Shown here one piece after another: positions 1-9,611 of a DNA stretch of 64,000 nucleotides (position 1 is its first letter; every line of letters begins with the position of its first letter). Under the pieces are notes generated by a model. That model ran no database searches. It had not been told where the DNA came from and was given only the letters and a program-made list of their open reading frames with translations. The position numbers and the translations under genes are program-made. Origin of the DNA: Minisyncoccota bacterium (GTDB lineage: Bacteria > Patescibacteriota > Minisyncoccia > Phycocordibacterales > Phycocordibacteraceae); contig JAQVIY010000001.1 in NCBI GenBank assembly GCA_028695415.1, positions 113,067 to 177,066 on the forward strand, in the 5' to 3' direction.

Positions 1-582
1 CACCTTTTTCGCGCGGAGGGGTGGAACGTTGAGACACGCAAAATGATACGCGGAAAATGCGTTACTCACGAAGTTGATTTTTATGCGTCGCGTGAGAAGG
101 ACAATTCTTTCCTTGCCGCTGAACTCAAGTATCACAACGATCCCGGGTACAAGACCGACCTGAAGATCGCGCTCTACGTGAAGAGCCGTTTCGACGATAT
201 CTTCGCCTGCGACCCCGCGGTGCGCGCCTGTTCCGTCGATCGCGGATTGCTCGTTACGAATACTAAATTCACGTCTGAAGCCATTGCCTATGCCGAGTGT
301 GCCGGCGTCGAGCTTCTCGGCTGGAGCTATCCGGAAAAGGAAAACCTCTTCGCACGTATGAATCGCGCGCGCGTATATCCGATAACTACCGTGACGAGCC
401 TCTCGCATGCCGAGAAAAATATCCTTATCGGGAATGATGTTATCGCGGTTGATCAGATAGTGGAAAATCGCCGCTTGCTCGACCCGCTCCACCTCTCGGG
501 CGAACGGGTCGGGGAACTCCTTGCCGAGATGGACGGGCTCCTTTCGCACCCATTGTCGGCACATGATATTGTTCCCGTATGA
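1..582 (+). CDS. Restriction-endonuclease-fold (Mrr-like) protein, 5'-truncated by window
   Basis: Frame open from base 1. HEVD...AELKYHN resembles a PD-(D/E)XK/Mrr_cat motif; LVTNTKFT..A..YA.C.G..L.GW is typical of ATP-cone/Mrr-type proteins. Confidence 0.65.
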   Translation, partial: HLFRAEGWNVETRKMIRGKCVTHEVDFYASREKDNSFLAAELKYHNDPGYKTDLKIALYVKSRFDDIFACDPAVRACSVDRGLLVTNTKFTSEAIAYAECAGVELLGWSYPEKENLFARMNRARVYPITTVTSLSHAEKNILIGNDVIAVDQIVENRRLLDPLHLSGERVGELLAEMDGLLSHPLSAHDIVPV

Positions 583-1055
583 CACAGCGCTTTTCGTTCA
601 TCTCCTTCGTTGCCGGCGTCATGCTCGGGGTTCTTCTTGCGGGGATGTGGTTCCTAAGCGATAGTATCGGATCATCACCTTTCTCATCCACGCCGCCTCT
701 TTCGAAAACAGGAGAGCAGAAGACGCCAGAAAGCGGGGCGGTTTCTGTCGCTAGTCAGCCTTCGGGAGAAAACGTCGCTATCGAATCGGTCACGGTCCCG
801 CCGCCGGGAGTGTGGGTTGCGGTGCGCGAAGCCAACGGTACTGACCTCGGGAACGTGCTCGGTGCGGAGCGTGTCGTCGGCCCGCATGGAAATGTAAGCG
901 TTTCGCTTTTGCGCCCGACAGAGCCGAATCGTTCCTATGCGGTCGAACTGTATCGCGATGACAACAACGGGACGTTTGACCCTGCGGTCAATAGCGTGTA
1001 TGTCGACTTCGATACCGGTGCGCGTGTCGTCGCGTTCTTCTCGACAACTGAATGA
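579..1055 (+). CDS. Membrane-anchored extracellular beta-sandwich protein (DUF7282-like)
   Basis: N-terminal TM helix, S/P/T linker, beta-rich domain with GVWVAV and YRDDNNGTFD; start overlaps upstream stop. Confidence 0.6.
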   Translation: MTQRFSFISFVAGVMLGVLLAGMWFLSDSIGSSPFSSTPPLSKTGEQKTPESGAVSVASQPSGENVAIESVTVPPPGVWVAVREANGTDLGNVLGAERVVGPHGNVSVSLLRPTEPNRSYAVELYRDDNNGTFDPAVNSVYVDFDTGARVVAFFSTTE

Positions 1056-1840
1056 TGATGGCACCGCGCAACCTAAAGACATTCGACCCCTCCTCGCCGG
1101 AGCCGTTCAAGATAAGCCGCTCGAAGCTGGATCTCTTCACCGAGTGTCCGCGTTGCTCGTACCTCGACTTGCGGCTCGGAGTGAAGCGGCCGTCGATGCC
1201 CGCGTTCACGCTCAACAATGCGGTCGACGAGCTCCTGAAACGCGAGTTCGATATCCATCGTGCGAAGGGGAGCAAACATCCGCTTGTCGAGAAATATGGG
1301 CTCGATGCGGTGCCGTTCGATGATCCGCGTATGGAGGAGTGGCGCGACGCGCTTCGTCGCGGCATCAGCTACCTCCACGCTCCGACCAATATCCTCCTGC
1401 GCGGCGGCATCGACGATGTGTGGATCAATCCAGCAGGCGAGCTTATCATCGTGGACTATAAGGCAACGAGCAAGAAGGTCGGTCCTTCTACCGAAGATGA
1501 CCTGTATGACTCGTACAAGCGCCAGCTCGAGATATATCAATGGCTGTTTCGTAAGAACGATTTTGCCGTATCGCCGACCGTCTACTTCGTTTATGTAAAC
1601 GGCAAGTCTGACGCCGAGGCGTTCGACGGCAAGCTTGAGTTTGATGTAGAGCTTATCCCGTATACCGGCAGCGACTCGTGGATCGAGCCTGCGCTCTACG
1701 ACCTGAAGCAGATGCTTATGAGCGAGGAGATACCAGCAGTAGGAAAGGCGTTCGGCGGCGGCCCGTGCGAGTTCTGCACCTATCGCGAAAACGCTGGCAA
1801 GATACTTCTTAGTCTTCACACAAAGAACAAGAAGAAATGA
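1052..1840 (+). CDS. PD-(D/E)XK nuclease, Cas4/RecB-like with Cys cluster
   Basis: ISRSKL..F.ECPRC, GGIDD...[15 protein letters not shown]-terminal CEFCTY. Confidence 0.8.
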   Translation: MMMAPRNLKTFDPSSPEPFKISRSKLDLFTECPRCSYLDLRLGVKRPSMPAFTLNNAVDELLKREFDIHRAKGSKHPLVEKYGLDAVPFDDPRMEEWRDALRRGISYLHAPTNILLRGGIDDVWINPAGELIIVDYKATSKKVGPSTEDDLYDSYKRQLEIYQWLFRKNDFAVSPTVYFVYVNGKSDAEAFDGKLEFDVELIPYTGSDSWIEPALYDLKQMLMSEEIPAVGKAFGGGPCEFCTYRENAGKILLSLHTKNKKK

Positions 1841-1847
1841 TGAGAGT

Positions 1848-2591
1848 ATGCGGGTAAAAATAGAACCGTCGTGGGCGAAGCATCTCGCGGGCGAGTTTGA
1901 GAAAGAATATTTCAAAGAGCTCGCTGATTTTGTGAAGAAGGAATATCACGAGGGAAACGTGTATCCGGCGCCGAAGAACATTTTCCGTGCGTTTGATCTC
2001 TGTCCGTTTGAAAAAGTAAAAGTAGTCATCTTGGGTCAAGATCCGTATCACGGCACCGGACAAGCAAACGGTCTTAGTTTCGCCGTCGGCGAAGGTGTCG
2101 CGATCCCGCCGTCCCTACAGAACATCTTCAAAGAGATTGAGAGCGATTTGGGGGGCGACCGAGCGAGGAGCGAGGAAGTCCCGAGGCTAGCAAGCCGAGG
2201 GGGAGACCTGACTCGATGGGCAGAACAGGGGGTGCTCCTCTTGAACGCAACGCTCACTGTTCGGGCGCATCAGGCCGGCTCGCATCAGGAGAAAGGCTGG
2301 GAACAATTCACCGACGCGGTTATCAGGGCGCTCTCCGAAGAGCGTGAACATCTTGTCTTTATTCTCTGGGGCAACTACGCGAAGGCGAAAGGGGCGCAGA
2401 TCGACCGAGCGTCGAGCGAGGAAGTCCTGAGGCCAGCAGGCCGAACGGGCGACCGTTCGAAACATCTCGTCATCGAATCGCCCCACCCCTCACCATTTTC
2501 TGCCGCCTCGGGATTCTTCGGATCGCGACCTTTTAGCAAAGCGAACACCTATCTCACCGCTCACGGCGAAACTCCCATCGACTGGCGCTAA
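1848..2591 (+). CDS. ung: Uracil-DNA glycosylase (family 1) with two 16-aa repeat-derived segments
   Basis: [24 protein letters not shown] and HPSP motifs. Confidence 0.96.
   Translation: MRVKIEPSWAKHLAGEFEKEYFKELADFVKKEYHEGNVYPAPKNIFRAFDLCPFEKVKVVILGQDPYHGTGQANGLSFAVGEGVAIPPSLQNIFKEIESDLGGDRARSEEVPRLASRGGDLTRWAEQGVLLLNATLTVRAHQAGSHQEKGWEQFTDAVIRALSEEREHLVFILWGNYAKAKGAQIDRASSEEVLRPAGRTGDRSKHLVIESPHPSPFSAASGFFGSRPFSKANTYLTAHGETPIDWR
2157..2208 (+). repeat. 48-bp in-frame palindromic element, copy 1 (in ung)
   Basis: GACC...GACC 48 nt apart; 40/48 identical to copy 2; GGCT-AGCA-AGCC hairpin. Confidence 0.85.
2402..2455 (+). repeat. 48-bp in-frame palindromic element, copy 2 (in ung)
   Basis: Flanked by CGACCG direct repeat; GGCC-AGCA-GGCC hairpin; removing 48 nt restores AQIDRSKHLV. 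Confidence 0.85.
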
Positions 2592-2599
2592 TCTGACGT

Positions 2600-2628
2600 T
2601 TGACAGCGAGTAAACAGAGGCATACAGT
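2600..2628 (+). promoter_or_regulatory. Sigma70-type promoter
   Basis: TTGACA-N17-TACAGT; GAGGAG SD before ATG 2682. Confidence 0.55.
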
Positions 2629-2681
2629 CTCGACAGATTCACTTTGTTGTTTCCATCGTTGTACTCTTGAGGAGCCAAAGA

Positions 2682-3410
2682 ATGAACAAACTGCTTGATT
2701 CGCACATGTTGGCTGATGCAAACCTGTTCGTCCTGAGTATGAACCCGTATCCGGGCCGCGGGATTGTCCTCGGCATGAATGAGACGGGAGAAAACCTCAT
2801 CCTGGTGTACTGGATCATGGATCAGAATCGCTTTTTTACCTTCGATGCCGACGGTTCTGTTTCCACCAAAGTCGCCGACAGCTCGAAACTGGTGGACACG
2901 CCGCCCATCGTCTATAACGCGATGCGCGAGATCCACCACGACGGGGTCACCTTTGCCGTTGTCAGCAGTGGCGACCAAACGGACGCTATCGTAGAAGGCC
3001 TTGGCGAAGAGCGGAGCTTCACCGTGACGCATCGCTCGTGTCTCTACGAGCCGGATGCGCCGAACTTCACGCCGCGCATCTCTGCTTACTGCTTCTGGAC
3101 GAACAGTGGTGCGTCAGTCGCCGAGATGGCCGTCTTGAAGAAGTCGCTTGTAAGCGACGCCTGCAACCGACATTTCTACGACCTCACCCTCGAGCCGGGG
3201 TTCGGCTACTGCGTTACAACCTACAAGGGTGACGGCACGCCGCTTCCGTCTTTCGACGGCACGCCGTATCTGGTGCCGCTTCGCGGACATATCCAATCGA
3301 TCGCGAGCGCCTATTGGGACTCACTGAACAGCGAGAACAGAGTTTCGCTCGTGGTGAAGTTCATCCCGAAAAACGGTCCCTCACAGGTTTTCTACATCAA
3401 CAAGTTCTGA
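2682..3410 (+). CDS. IMP cyclohydrolase-like (PurO/Ntn-fold) protein
   Basis: NPYPGRGIVLG, YNAM, GDQTD, YEPDAPNFTPRIS, TTYKGDG.PLPSF. Confidence 0.8.
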   Translation: MNKLLDSHMLADANLFVLSMNPYPGRGIVLGMNETGENLILVYWIMDQNRFFTFDADGSVSTKVADSSKLVDTPPIVYNAMREIHHDGVTFAVVSSGDQTDAIVEGLGEERSFTVTHRSCLYEPDAPNFTPRISAYCFWTNSGASVAEMAVLKKSLVSDACNRHFYDLTLEPGFGYCVTTYKGDGTPLPSFDGTPYLVPLRGHIQSIASAYWDSLNSENRVSLVVKFIPKNGPSQVFYINKF

Positions 3411-3446
3411 AAAGCCTGATTCCAAGGAGGTGGTTAGAACCTAACA

Positions 3447-3486
3447 GCGCCCGCACGGAGAAATCCGTACGGGCGCACCTTATTTC
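3447..3486 (+). terminator. Intrinsic terminator-like hairpin
   Basis: GCGCCCGCACGGA-GAAA-TCCGTACGGGCGC followed by T-rich sequence. Confidence 0.55.
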
Positions 3487-3583
3487 ATATACGTGCTTGT
3501 CGAAGAGGAATATGGTACAACTATGCTTTAGAACGACCGTTTCAGGCCCTTTTCGTACAGCAACGTTTTATGGGGAGATAGAC

Positions 3584-3991
3584 ATGTTCAGTTCAACAGT
3601 TATACCGCCTGCATCGTCCGAACAAACGCGCGGAAGCGATTATCGGGGTTCGCTTGCGTGGAATCAGTTCGTGACGCAGATCAATAATCTGAATGAAGCG
3701 GGAGAACCGTGCGTTATCGACGTAGCCGGGCTCGGAAAGGACAAGTTTCGCGGTTTTCTCACCGGAGCCCGCATACAAGGACTCTTTCTTATCCTGGAAT
3801 CCCCGGAGCAATTCAAAAAGACCGGGGGTGGCTGGCAGAGTACCGGATTCACCGAGTACAAGGTACACATCTCGAATCACGTGCCGCTTCCGGTAATGCT
3901 GCAAGATGGACGTATCGAAGTCGTGATTGAAGGGATCATCTTCGTGATCTATCCGTATGGCAGGGTCGAATGTCCGCGCTCAGTATGTTGA
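3584..3991 (+). CDS. Hypothetical protein
   Basis: GGGGAG SD before ATG 3584; 135-aa ORF followed by a terminator. Confidence 0.6.
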   Translation: MFSSTVIPPASSEQTRGSDYRGSLAWNQFVTQINNLNEAGEPCVIDVAGLGKDKFRGFLTGARIQGLFLILESPEQFKKTGGGWQSTGFTEYKVHISNHVPLPVMLQDGRIEVVIEGIIFVIYPYGRVECPRSVC

Positions 3992-4005
3992 TGCGGCACC
4001 TTCAT

Positions 4006-4041
4006 CGCCGCAAGAGGAGACTCTTGCGGCGGCTTATTTTT
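4006..4041 (+). terminator. Intrinsic terminator
   Basis: CGCCGCAAGAG-GAGA-CTCTTGCGGCG then TTATTTTT. Confidence 0.7.
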
Positions 4042-4064
4042 ATACCTGCGGTATACTGAGCTGG

Positions 4065-4637
4065 ATGAATCACACTCCCCAGATAAAGAAAGCGATACAA
4101 TTCGCGGCGCGTAAGCACCACGGGCACCTGCGCATCTCGAGTTCGGCAGACGAACCGCTCCCGTATGTAACGCACCTCTTCTCGGTCGCGCTTCTCGTCG
4201 CTGAAGACGGCGCGAGCGATGATGTTGTCACTGCCGCGCTTCTCCACGATACGCTCGAAGATACCGACACGACGCGCGAAGAAATAGTCTCGGCGTTCAA
4301 CGAGCAAGTCGCGAGCCTCGTCGAAGAGGTGAGTGAGGATAAGAAGCTCGAATGGAAAGAGCGCAAAGAAGAATATCTTGTTGGTATGGAACGTTCGAGC
4401 GACGAAGCGCTCCTTATCGCGCTCGCCGATAAGGTAGATAACGTCGAGAGCCGTATAGAAGAATACGAGAAGGAGGGTGATGCGTTTCTCGCTCGCTGGA
4501 AGCGGTCGAACGAAGAGTATCTTTGGTTCTACGATGAAGCGCTTCGTATCGCACAATCTCGATTGCCGAACCACTCACTCACGAAGCGGTACGCCGAGGC
4601 GTGTGCGCGGCAATGTGCTATGCTCTCGGAATCATGA
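4065..4637 (+). CDS. HD-domain small alarmone hydrolase-like protein (RelA/SpoT HD_4, Mesh1-like)
   Basis: A..FAARKH.G, PYVTH..V, AALLHDTLEDT, LADKVDN. Confidence 0.85.
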   Translation: MNHTPQIKKAIQFAARKHHGHLRISSSADEPLPYVTHLFSVALLVAEDGASDDVVTAALLHDTLEDTDTTREEIVSAFNEQVASLVEEVSEDKKLEWKERKEEYLVGMERSSDEALLIALADKVDNVESRIEEYEKEGDAFLARWKRSNEEYLWFYDEALRIAQSRLPNHSLTKRYAEACARQCAMLSES

Positions 4638-6601
4638 AGCGCAAACGATACGACAAGGCAGATTTCAAATGGGTGACATGGGGTGCGGCTGACTTCAGGC
4701 GCATTGCGGCCGATGGCACACGCCGAAAAAAGGAAGCCTATGCGAAGATACGCGCCATTCCGGCCGAAAAACGCACGTTTGTAAATACGATTTATGCACT
4801 CGAGACATCCGACGAGCGTATGTCGGATGAGATGAACCGTGTCGCTCTTTTGAAAGAAGTCAGTCCTAACGCTGCCATACGCGCAGCAGCAGCAGAAACG
4901 ATTGAGGCCGTACAGAAGCAACTCGTCGAGATAGAGTTCGATCCGCGCATGTATGCGGTCATCAAAGAATATGCCGCGAAACGCGAAAAGCTCTCCGGAC
5001 CTGAAAAGCTTCTTTTCAAAGATCTGAAGAAAGGATACGAACGTATGGGGTTTGACCTGCCGACAGCGAAACAGAAAAAGCTCAAGACGAACATCGCAAC
5101 ATTAGGAAAGCTTGGACTCGCTTTCGACCGCAATCTAAATGAGCACAAAGACCATCTCTTAGTGACGGAAGCAGAGCTCAATGGTCTGCCGGAAAGCTAT
5201 CGTGCTAACCTCACGAAAGTACGGGATAAGTTCAAAATAACGATGGCATATCCAGACGTATACCCGTATATGGCTGGCGCACATGATGAAGAAAAACGGC
5301 GTGAACTGCTTGAAAAGTTCGTTCGCAGAGGCGGCACGAAAAACGTTGTCATTCTCAAGAAGATGTTTCGTCTTCGCGCTGAGAACGCGCGATTGCTCGG
5401 CTACAAGACTCACGCAGACTTCCAAACCGAGCTTCGTATGGCGAAATCGGCCGCTACTGTCTGGCGATTCATTGCCGACCTTGAGCGACGTACCAAGAAA
5501 CAAGTCTCGCGCGATCTCTCGATGCTCAGGGCTGATAAACGTCGTCGTACCGGTGATCCGAAGTCTGTCTTGAGCGCACATGATATCGCATATCTTTTTA
5601 AGCAGATACGCAAGGAGAAATTCGATATCGATTCAGATACCGTGAGAGAATATTTCCCGTTCGAGCACGTGAAGCGCGCGACACTCGACGCATATCAAAA
5701 ATTATTTGGTGTCGTGTTCAAACGCCGCGTCGATGTGAAGCTCTGGCACCCAGACGTGCAACTCTTTGATATATATGATGCGCGCGGTGATTATCTGGCG
5801 ACATTCATTCTCGACTTGTATCCGCGTGAAGGGAAATATGGTCATGCGTGTGCATCTGAACTGACCTATGGTCGACAAGAAGAAAACGGTTATCGACCCC
5901 CACTTGCCGCAATGCTCGCCAATTTCCCGAAACCGAGTGTCGCGAACCCATCGTTAATGAGTCATGGAGAAGTGGAGACATTTTTCCACGAATTCGGACA
6001 CATTATGCATTTCACTCTTACAAAAGCGCGATATAGCGCTCAGTCCGGCTTCAATGTTGCTATGGATTTTGTCGAGGCACCGTCGCAGATGCTTGAGAAT
6101 TGGGTGTGGGATGCTGAAATGCTCACGCGCCTCTCTAAGCACTACAAGACCGGTCAGCCAATGCCGAAAGATCTTATCAAACGCATCATCGATGCTCGCC
6201 TTTTTGGGGAGGCGTGGAGCGTACGCAGCCAGCTGGTGCTCGCATCACTCGATATGGTTATACATACAAAAGGAACGAAAGACCCTGTCGCATTATATGC
6301 CACACTCGATAAGAAATTGATGGGAATCGCACCGCCTAAACGGCAGCTATGGATTGCGGGTTTCGGTCATATTGCGCACGGATACGATGCCGGATATTAC
6401 GGGTATCTCTGGTCAAAAGTATATGCCGAGGATATGTTCAGCAGATTTAAGAAAGAAGGCATTTTGAATCCGAAGACCGGCAGTGACTATCGGCGTTGGG
6501 TACTTGAAAAAGGCTCGAGTATGGAAGAAACGGATCTTGTGAAAGGCTTTCTGGGTCGCAAACCGAATAACAAAGCCTTTCTCAAGTCCATTGGTGCATA
6601 A
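4634..6601 (+). CDS. M3A family oligopeptidase (thimet oligopeptidase-like)
   Basis: LDLYPREGKYGHA, FFHEFGH (HExxH), DFVEAPSQMLENW, GYDAGYYGYLWS. Confidence 0.93.
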   Translation: MKRKRYDKADFKWVTWGAADFRRIAADGTRRKKEAYAKIRAIPAEKRTFVNTIYALETSDERMSDEMNRVALLKEVSPNAAIRAAAAETIEAVQKQLVEIEFDPRMYAVIKEYAAKREKLSGPEKLLFKDLKKGYERMGFDLPTAKQKKLKTNIATLGKLGLAFDRNLNEHKDHLLVTEAELNGLPESYRANLTKVRDKFKITMAYPDVYPYMAGAHDEEKRRELLEKFVRRGGTKNVVILKKMFRLRAENARLLGYKTHADFQTELRMAKSAATVWRFIADLERRTKKQVSRDLSMLRADKRRRTGDPKSVLSAHDIAYLFKQIRKEKFDIDSDTVREYFPFEHVKRATLDAYQKLFGVVFKRRVDVKLWHPDVQLFDIYDARGDYLATFILDLYPREGKYGHACASELTYGRQEENGYRPPLAAMLANFPKPSVANPSLMSHGEVETFFHEFGHIMHFTLTKARYSAQSGFNVAMDFVEAPSQMLENWVWDAEMLTRLSKHYKTGQPMPKDLIKRIIDARLFGEAWSVRSQLVLASLDMVIHTKGTKDPVALYATLDKKLMGIAPPKRQLWIAGFGHIAHGYDAGYYGYLWSKVYAEDMFSRFKKEGILNPKTGSDYRRWVLEKGSSMEETDLVKGFLGRKPNNKAFLKSIGA

Positions 6602-6622
6602 ATCGTGCTATCTTCTTGAGAT

Positions 6623-8506
6623 ATGCCTATTAGCGAAGTACGCAAGCGGTATCTAGATTTCTTCGCGAAGCGCGGGCATGTCATCATCCCGAGCGCTCCT
6701 ATCGTGCCTGAAAATGATCCGACCACACTCTTCACTTCGAGCGGGATGCAACCCCTGGTCCCGTATCTTCTCGGTCAGCCGCACCCCGAGGGTGCGCGCC
6801 TCGTCGACTCACAGATGAGCTTTCGAGCAGAAGATATCGAAGAGATAGGTGACAATCGGCACACCACGTTCTTCGAAATGCTCGGCAATTGGAGCCTCGG
6901 TGATTATTTCAAACAGGAGCAATTGCCGTGGATATTTGAATTCCTCACAAATAAGGACGAGGGTCTCGGACTCGACGCTCATAATCTCTATGTGACGGTT
7001 TTTGGCGGCGATGAGGAATCCGGCATGGCGGCCGATCACGAATCCGTAGAGATTTGGAAAACGCTTTTTGGTGAGAAAGGGATAGAGGCGAAGTTTGTTG
7101 AGCTCGGTACCGAAGAACATGGCAACGAAGTTGGTATGCAAGACGGGCGCGTCTTTTCCTATGGTGCAAAGAAGAATTGGTGGAGCAGGGCAGGGGTGCC
7201 GACCAAGATGCCGACAGGAGAGATCGGCGGACCTGATTCTGAAATCTTCTATGACTTTGGCACGCCTCACGACCCCGCCTTTGGCCCCGAGTGCCACCCG
7301 AACTGCGACTGCGGTCGCTTCATCGAAATCGGCAACTCGGTGTTTATGCAATTCATCAAGCAAGAGGATGGCTCGTTCAAGGAGTTGCCAAAGCGCAATG
7401 TTGACTTTGGCGGCGGGCTCGAACGGCTCACAGCGGCGACACTTCAAAATCCGGACATTTTCTTGATAGATGTGTTTGATGCCGCCCGTACTGCTCTTGA
7501 GACTCGCTCCGGCAAGATGTATTCAAAAGACACACGATCGTTCAGGATTATTTTGGACCATATGCGCGCCGCGGCGTTTATGCTCGCGAGCGGTATCCGC
7601 CCCGCGAACTCCGAACAGGGCTATATCCTCCGCCGTCTTATTCGCCGTTCTATCCGCGAAGCAGACAAGCTCGGGATAAAAGAGGCGGTGCTTGCAGAAG
7701 TCGCGCACGGCTTTGGCGCGGCATATGCCGAGGCGTACCCCCTCATACTTTCTTCAGAAAGCGTCATCAAAGAAGAGCTCGAGAAAGAAGAGGCGCAATT
7801 TAGGAAGACACTTGAGCGGGGATTGAAGGAGTTTGAGAAAGCAATCAGTGTTGCCGGAAATAAAAAGAGAATTCTTTTAGGTAGCAGTATTTTCAATCTT
7901 GTGACGACATTTGGTTTCCCAATAGATTTAATTCGTGAGATAGCTATGGAGCGAGGTTTGGAACTCGAGGAGGATAGTTTCGAAGTCCATATGAGAGAGC
8001 ATCAAGCGCTCTCGCGTGCGGGCGCGGCGCAGAAGTTCGCGGGCGGACTCGCTGACACTGCCGAACAGACCGTGCGCTACCACACCGCGCATCACCTGCT
8101 CTTGAAAGCGCTCCAGATGGTACTCGGCCCTGACGTGCATCAGCGGGGGAGTAATATCACGAGCGAACGCCTGCGCATTGATTTCAGTTATGGCGCGAAG
8201 ATGACCGATGAACAAAAAGCAGAAGTAGAGAAGATAGTAAATGAGAAAATACACGAGGCGCTGCCGGTCGAACGGGTCACGATGCCGCGGGAAGAAGCTG
8301 AGCAGCTTGGCGCTGAGCACGAGTTCGGTGCGAAATATCCGGACATGGTCAGCGTCTATTTCATCGGATCGCGCGACAACGCGTTTTCGATAGAGTTTTG
8401 CGGCGGGCCGCACGTCGCGAACACTGCCGAGCTCGGACAGTTCAAGATTGTAAAAGAAGAAGCCTCATCCGCTGGCATCCGCCGTATCAAAGCAGTGCTA
8501 GAATAA
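6623..8506 (+). CDS. alaS: Alanine--tRNA ligase, short form lacking C-Ala domain
   Basis: DPTTLFTSSGMQP, HTTFFEMLGNWSLGDYFK, editing motifs HTAHH and FCGGPHV; ends at GIRRIKA. Confidence 0.96.
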   Translation: MPISEVRKRYLDFFAKRGHVIIPSAPIVPENDPTTLFTSSGMQPLVPYLLGQPHPEGARLVDSQMSFRAEDIEEIGDNRHTTFFEMLGNWSLGDYFKQEQLPWIFEFLTNKDEGLGLDAHNLYVTVFGGDEESGMAADHESVEIWKTLFGEKGIEAKFVELGTEEHGNEVGMQDGRVFSYGAKKNWWSRAGVPTKMPTGEIGGPDSEIFYDFGTPHDPAFGPECHPNCDCGRFIEIGNSVFMQFIKQEDGSFKELPKRNVDFGGGLERLTAATLQNPDIFLIDVFDAARTALETRSGKMYSKDTRSFRIILDHMRAAAFMLASGIRPANSEQGYILRRLIRRSIREADKLGIKEAVLAEVAHGFGAAYAEAYPLILSSESVIKEELEKEEAQFRKTLERGLKEFEKAISVAGNKKRILLGSSIFNLVTTFGFPIDLIREIAMERGLELEEDSFEVHMREHQALSRAGAAQKFAGGLADTAEQTVRYHTAHHLLLKALQMVLGPDVHQRGSNITSERLRIDFSYGAKMTDEQKAEVEKIVNEKIHEALPVERVTMPREEAEQLGAEHEFGAKYPDMVSVYFIGSRDNAFSIEFCGGPHVANTAELGQFKIVKEEASSAGIRRIKAVLE

Positions 8507-8511
8507 CCGGG

Positions 8512-9564
8512 ATGAGTTTTCTTGAAAATCTTTTTCATAAAGAAAAAAAGATTGAGTCGGTCGTGCTGATTGATATCAGTACAAGTTCGGTCGCGGGTGC
8601 GTATGCGACCTTTGCTTCAGGCGAACAGCCGACCTTGCACTACCTGCGCCGATTGCCAGTCGAGATGCACGAAGGAGAATCAGATGCACGGGCGATGCTT
8701 CGTGCGCTCAAAATACTCGGTGATACGCTCGTTCGCGAGGGCGCGCCTGCTCTCCTGCGCGTTACGGGTACCGGCCGTGCCGATTCGGTGCTTGTATCGG
8801 TGGACGCGCCGTGGGAGAAGACCTCGGTACGCACCGAGCACTTCGAGCAGGATGAGCCGTTCACCTTTACGAAAGAAATGGTGCGGGCGGCGCTTGAGAA
8901 GGCGAGCTTTGCGCCGCCAGAACAACTTCTTGCTGATGAAAGCGTCATCGGCACCACGCTGAATGGATATCAGACACGCGACCCCTACGATAAAGAGGCA
9001 AATCGTGCTGCTGTCATCATTTTGACCTCGCTTATCAATAAACGCGTGGCCGAGGGCGTCAAAGCGATAATGCGGGGCGTGCTTCACGCAGAAGATATTT
9101 TCCCTATCGCCGGCAGTTCTTTGCGCTATCAGGCAATTCGCACCGCGTTTCCTCATGAGACTGATGCGCTCATTATTGATGCGACCGGCAGAGAGCTGAC
9201 GTCGCTCTCGCTGGTGCGCAAAAGCCTTTTAGTCAATATCACCGAGATGAAAGAGCGTACAGAAAATAGCGTTGCATGGACGCGAAGTCTCACCGATACC
9301 CTGAAGACTATTGCCCAGCGATTCCCGCTCCCGCGTACCGTGTTCTTGCTCGCGCGCGAACCGGAACTATCCATCTTGCGGGAAGCACTTCTGACCGCGA
9401 AGCTCGGCTCTCTCTGGCTCTCAGATAATCCGCCGAAAATAACCTCGATTTTAGGGAGTCATGTAAGCACGTTCGTACGACAAGCGACGACCAATCCTGC
9501 AGACCTTTCGCTCCTTTTGATGGCGCTTTTCCGTCAAAATCGCACCCCTGATGAAGCCGTATAG
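8512..9564 (+). CDS. Divergent FtsA/PilM-like actin-fold protein
   Basis: VLIDISTSSV phosphate-1-like motif, LNGY, ALIIDATG phosphate-2-like motif. Confidence 0.5.
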   Translation: MSFLENLFHKEKKIESVVLIDISTSSVAGAYATFASGEQPTLHYLRRLPVEMHEGESDARAMLRALKILGDTLVREGAPALLRVTGTGRADSVLVSVDAPWEKTSVRTEHFEQDEPFTFTKEMVRAALEKASFAPPEQLLADESVIGTTLNGYQTRDPYDKEANRAAVIILTSLINKRVAEGVKAIMRGVLHAEDIFPIAGSSLRYQAIRTAFPHETDALIIDATGRELTSLSLVRKSLLVNITEMKERTENSVAWTRSLTDTLKTIAQRFPLPRTVFLLAREPELSILREALLTAKLGSLWLSDNPPKITSILGSHVSTFVRQATTNPADLSLLLMALFRQNRTPDEAV

Positions 9565-9611
9565 TGGACAACAATCGCTGGACTAGTTATGAGAAATGAT
9601 ATACTCGGAAC

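Noticed and set aside
1052-1840. Cas4-like nuclease as evidence of CRISPR-Cas
   Set aside because: No cas1/cas2 or repeat-spacer array anywhere in the window; solo PD-(D/E)XK proteins are common.
3584-4637. Hypothetical gene plus alarmone hydrolase as a toxSAS toxin-antitoxin pair
   Set aside because: The upstream ORF lacks synthetase motifs and is separated from the hydrolase by a terminator.
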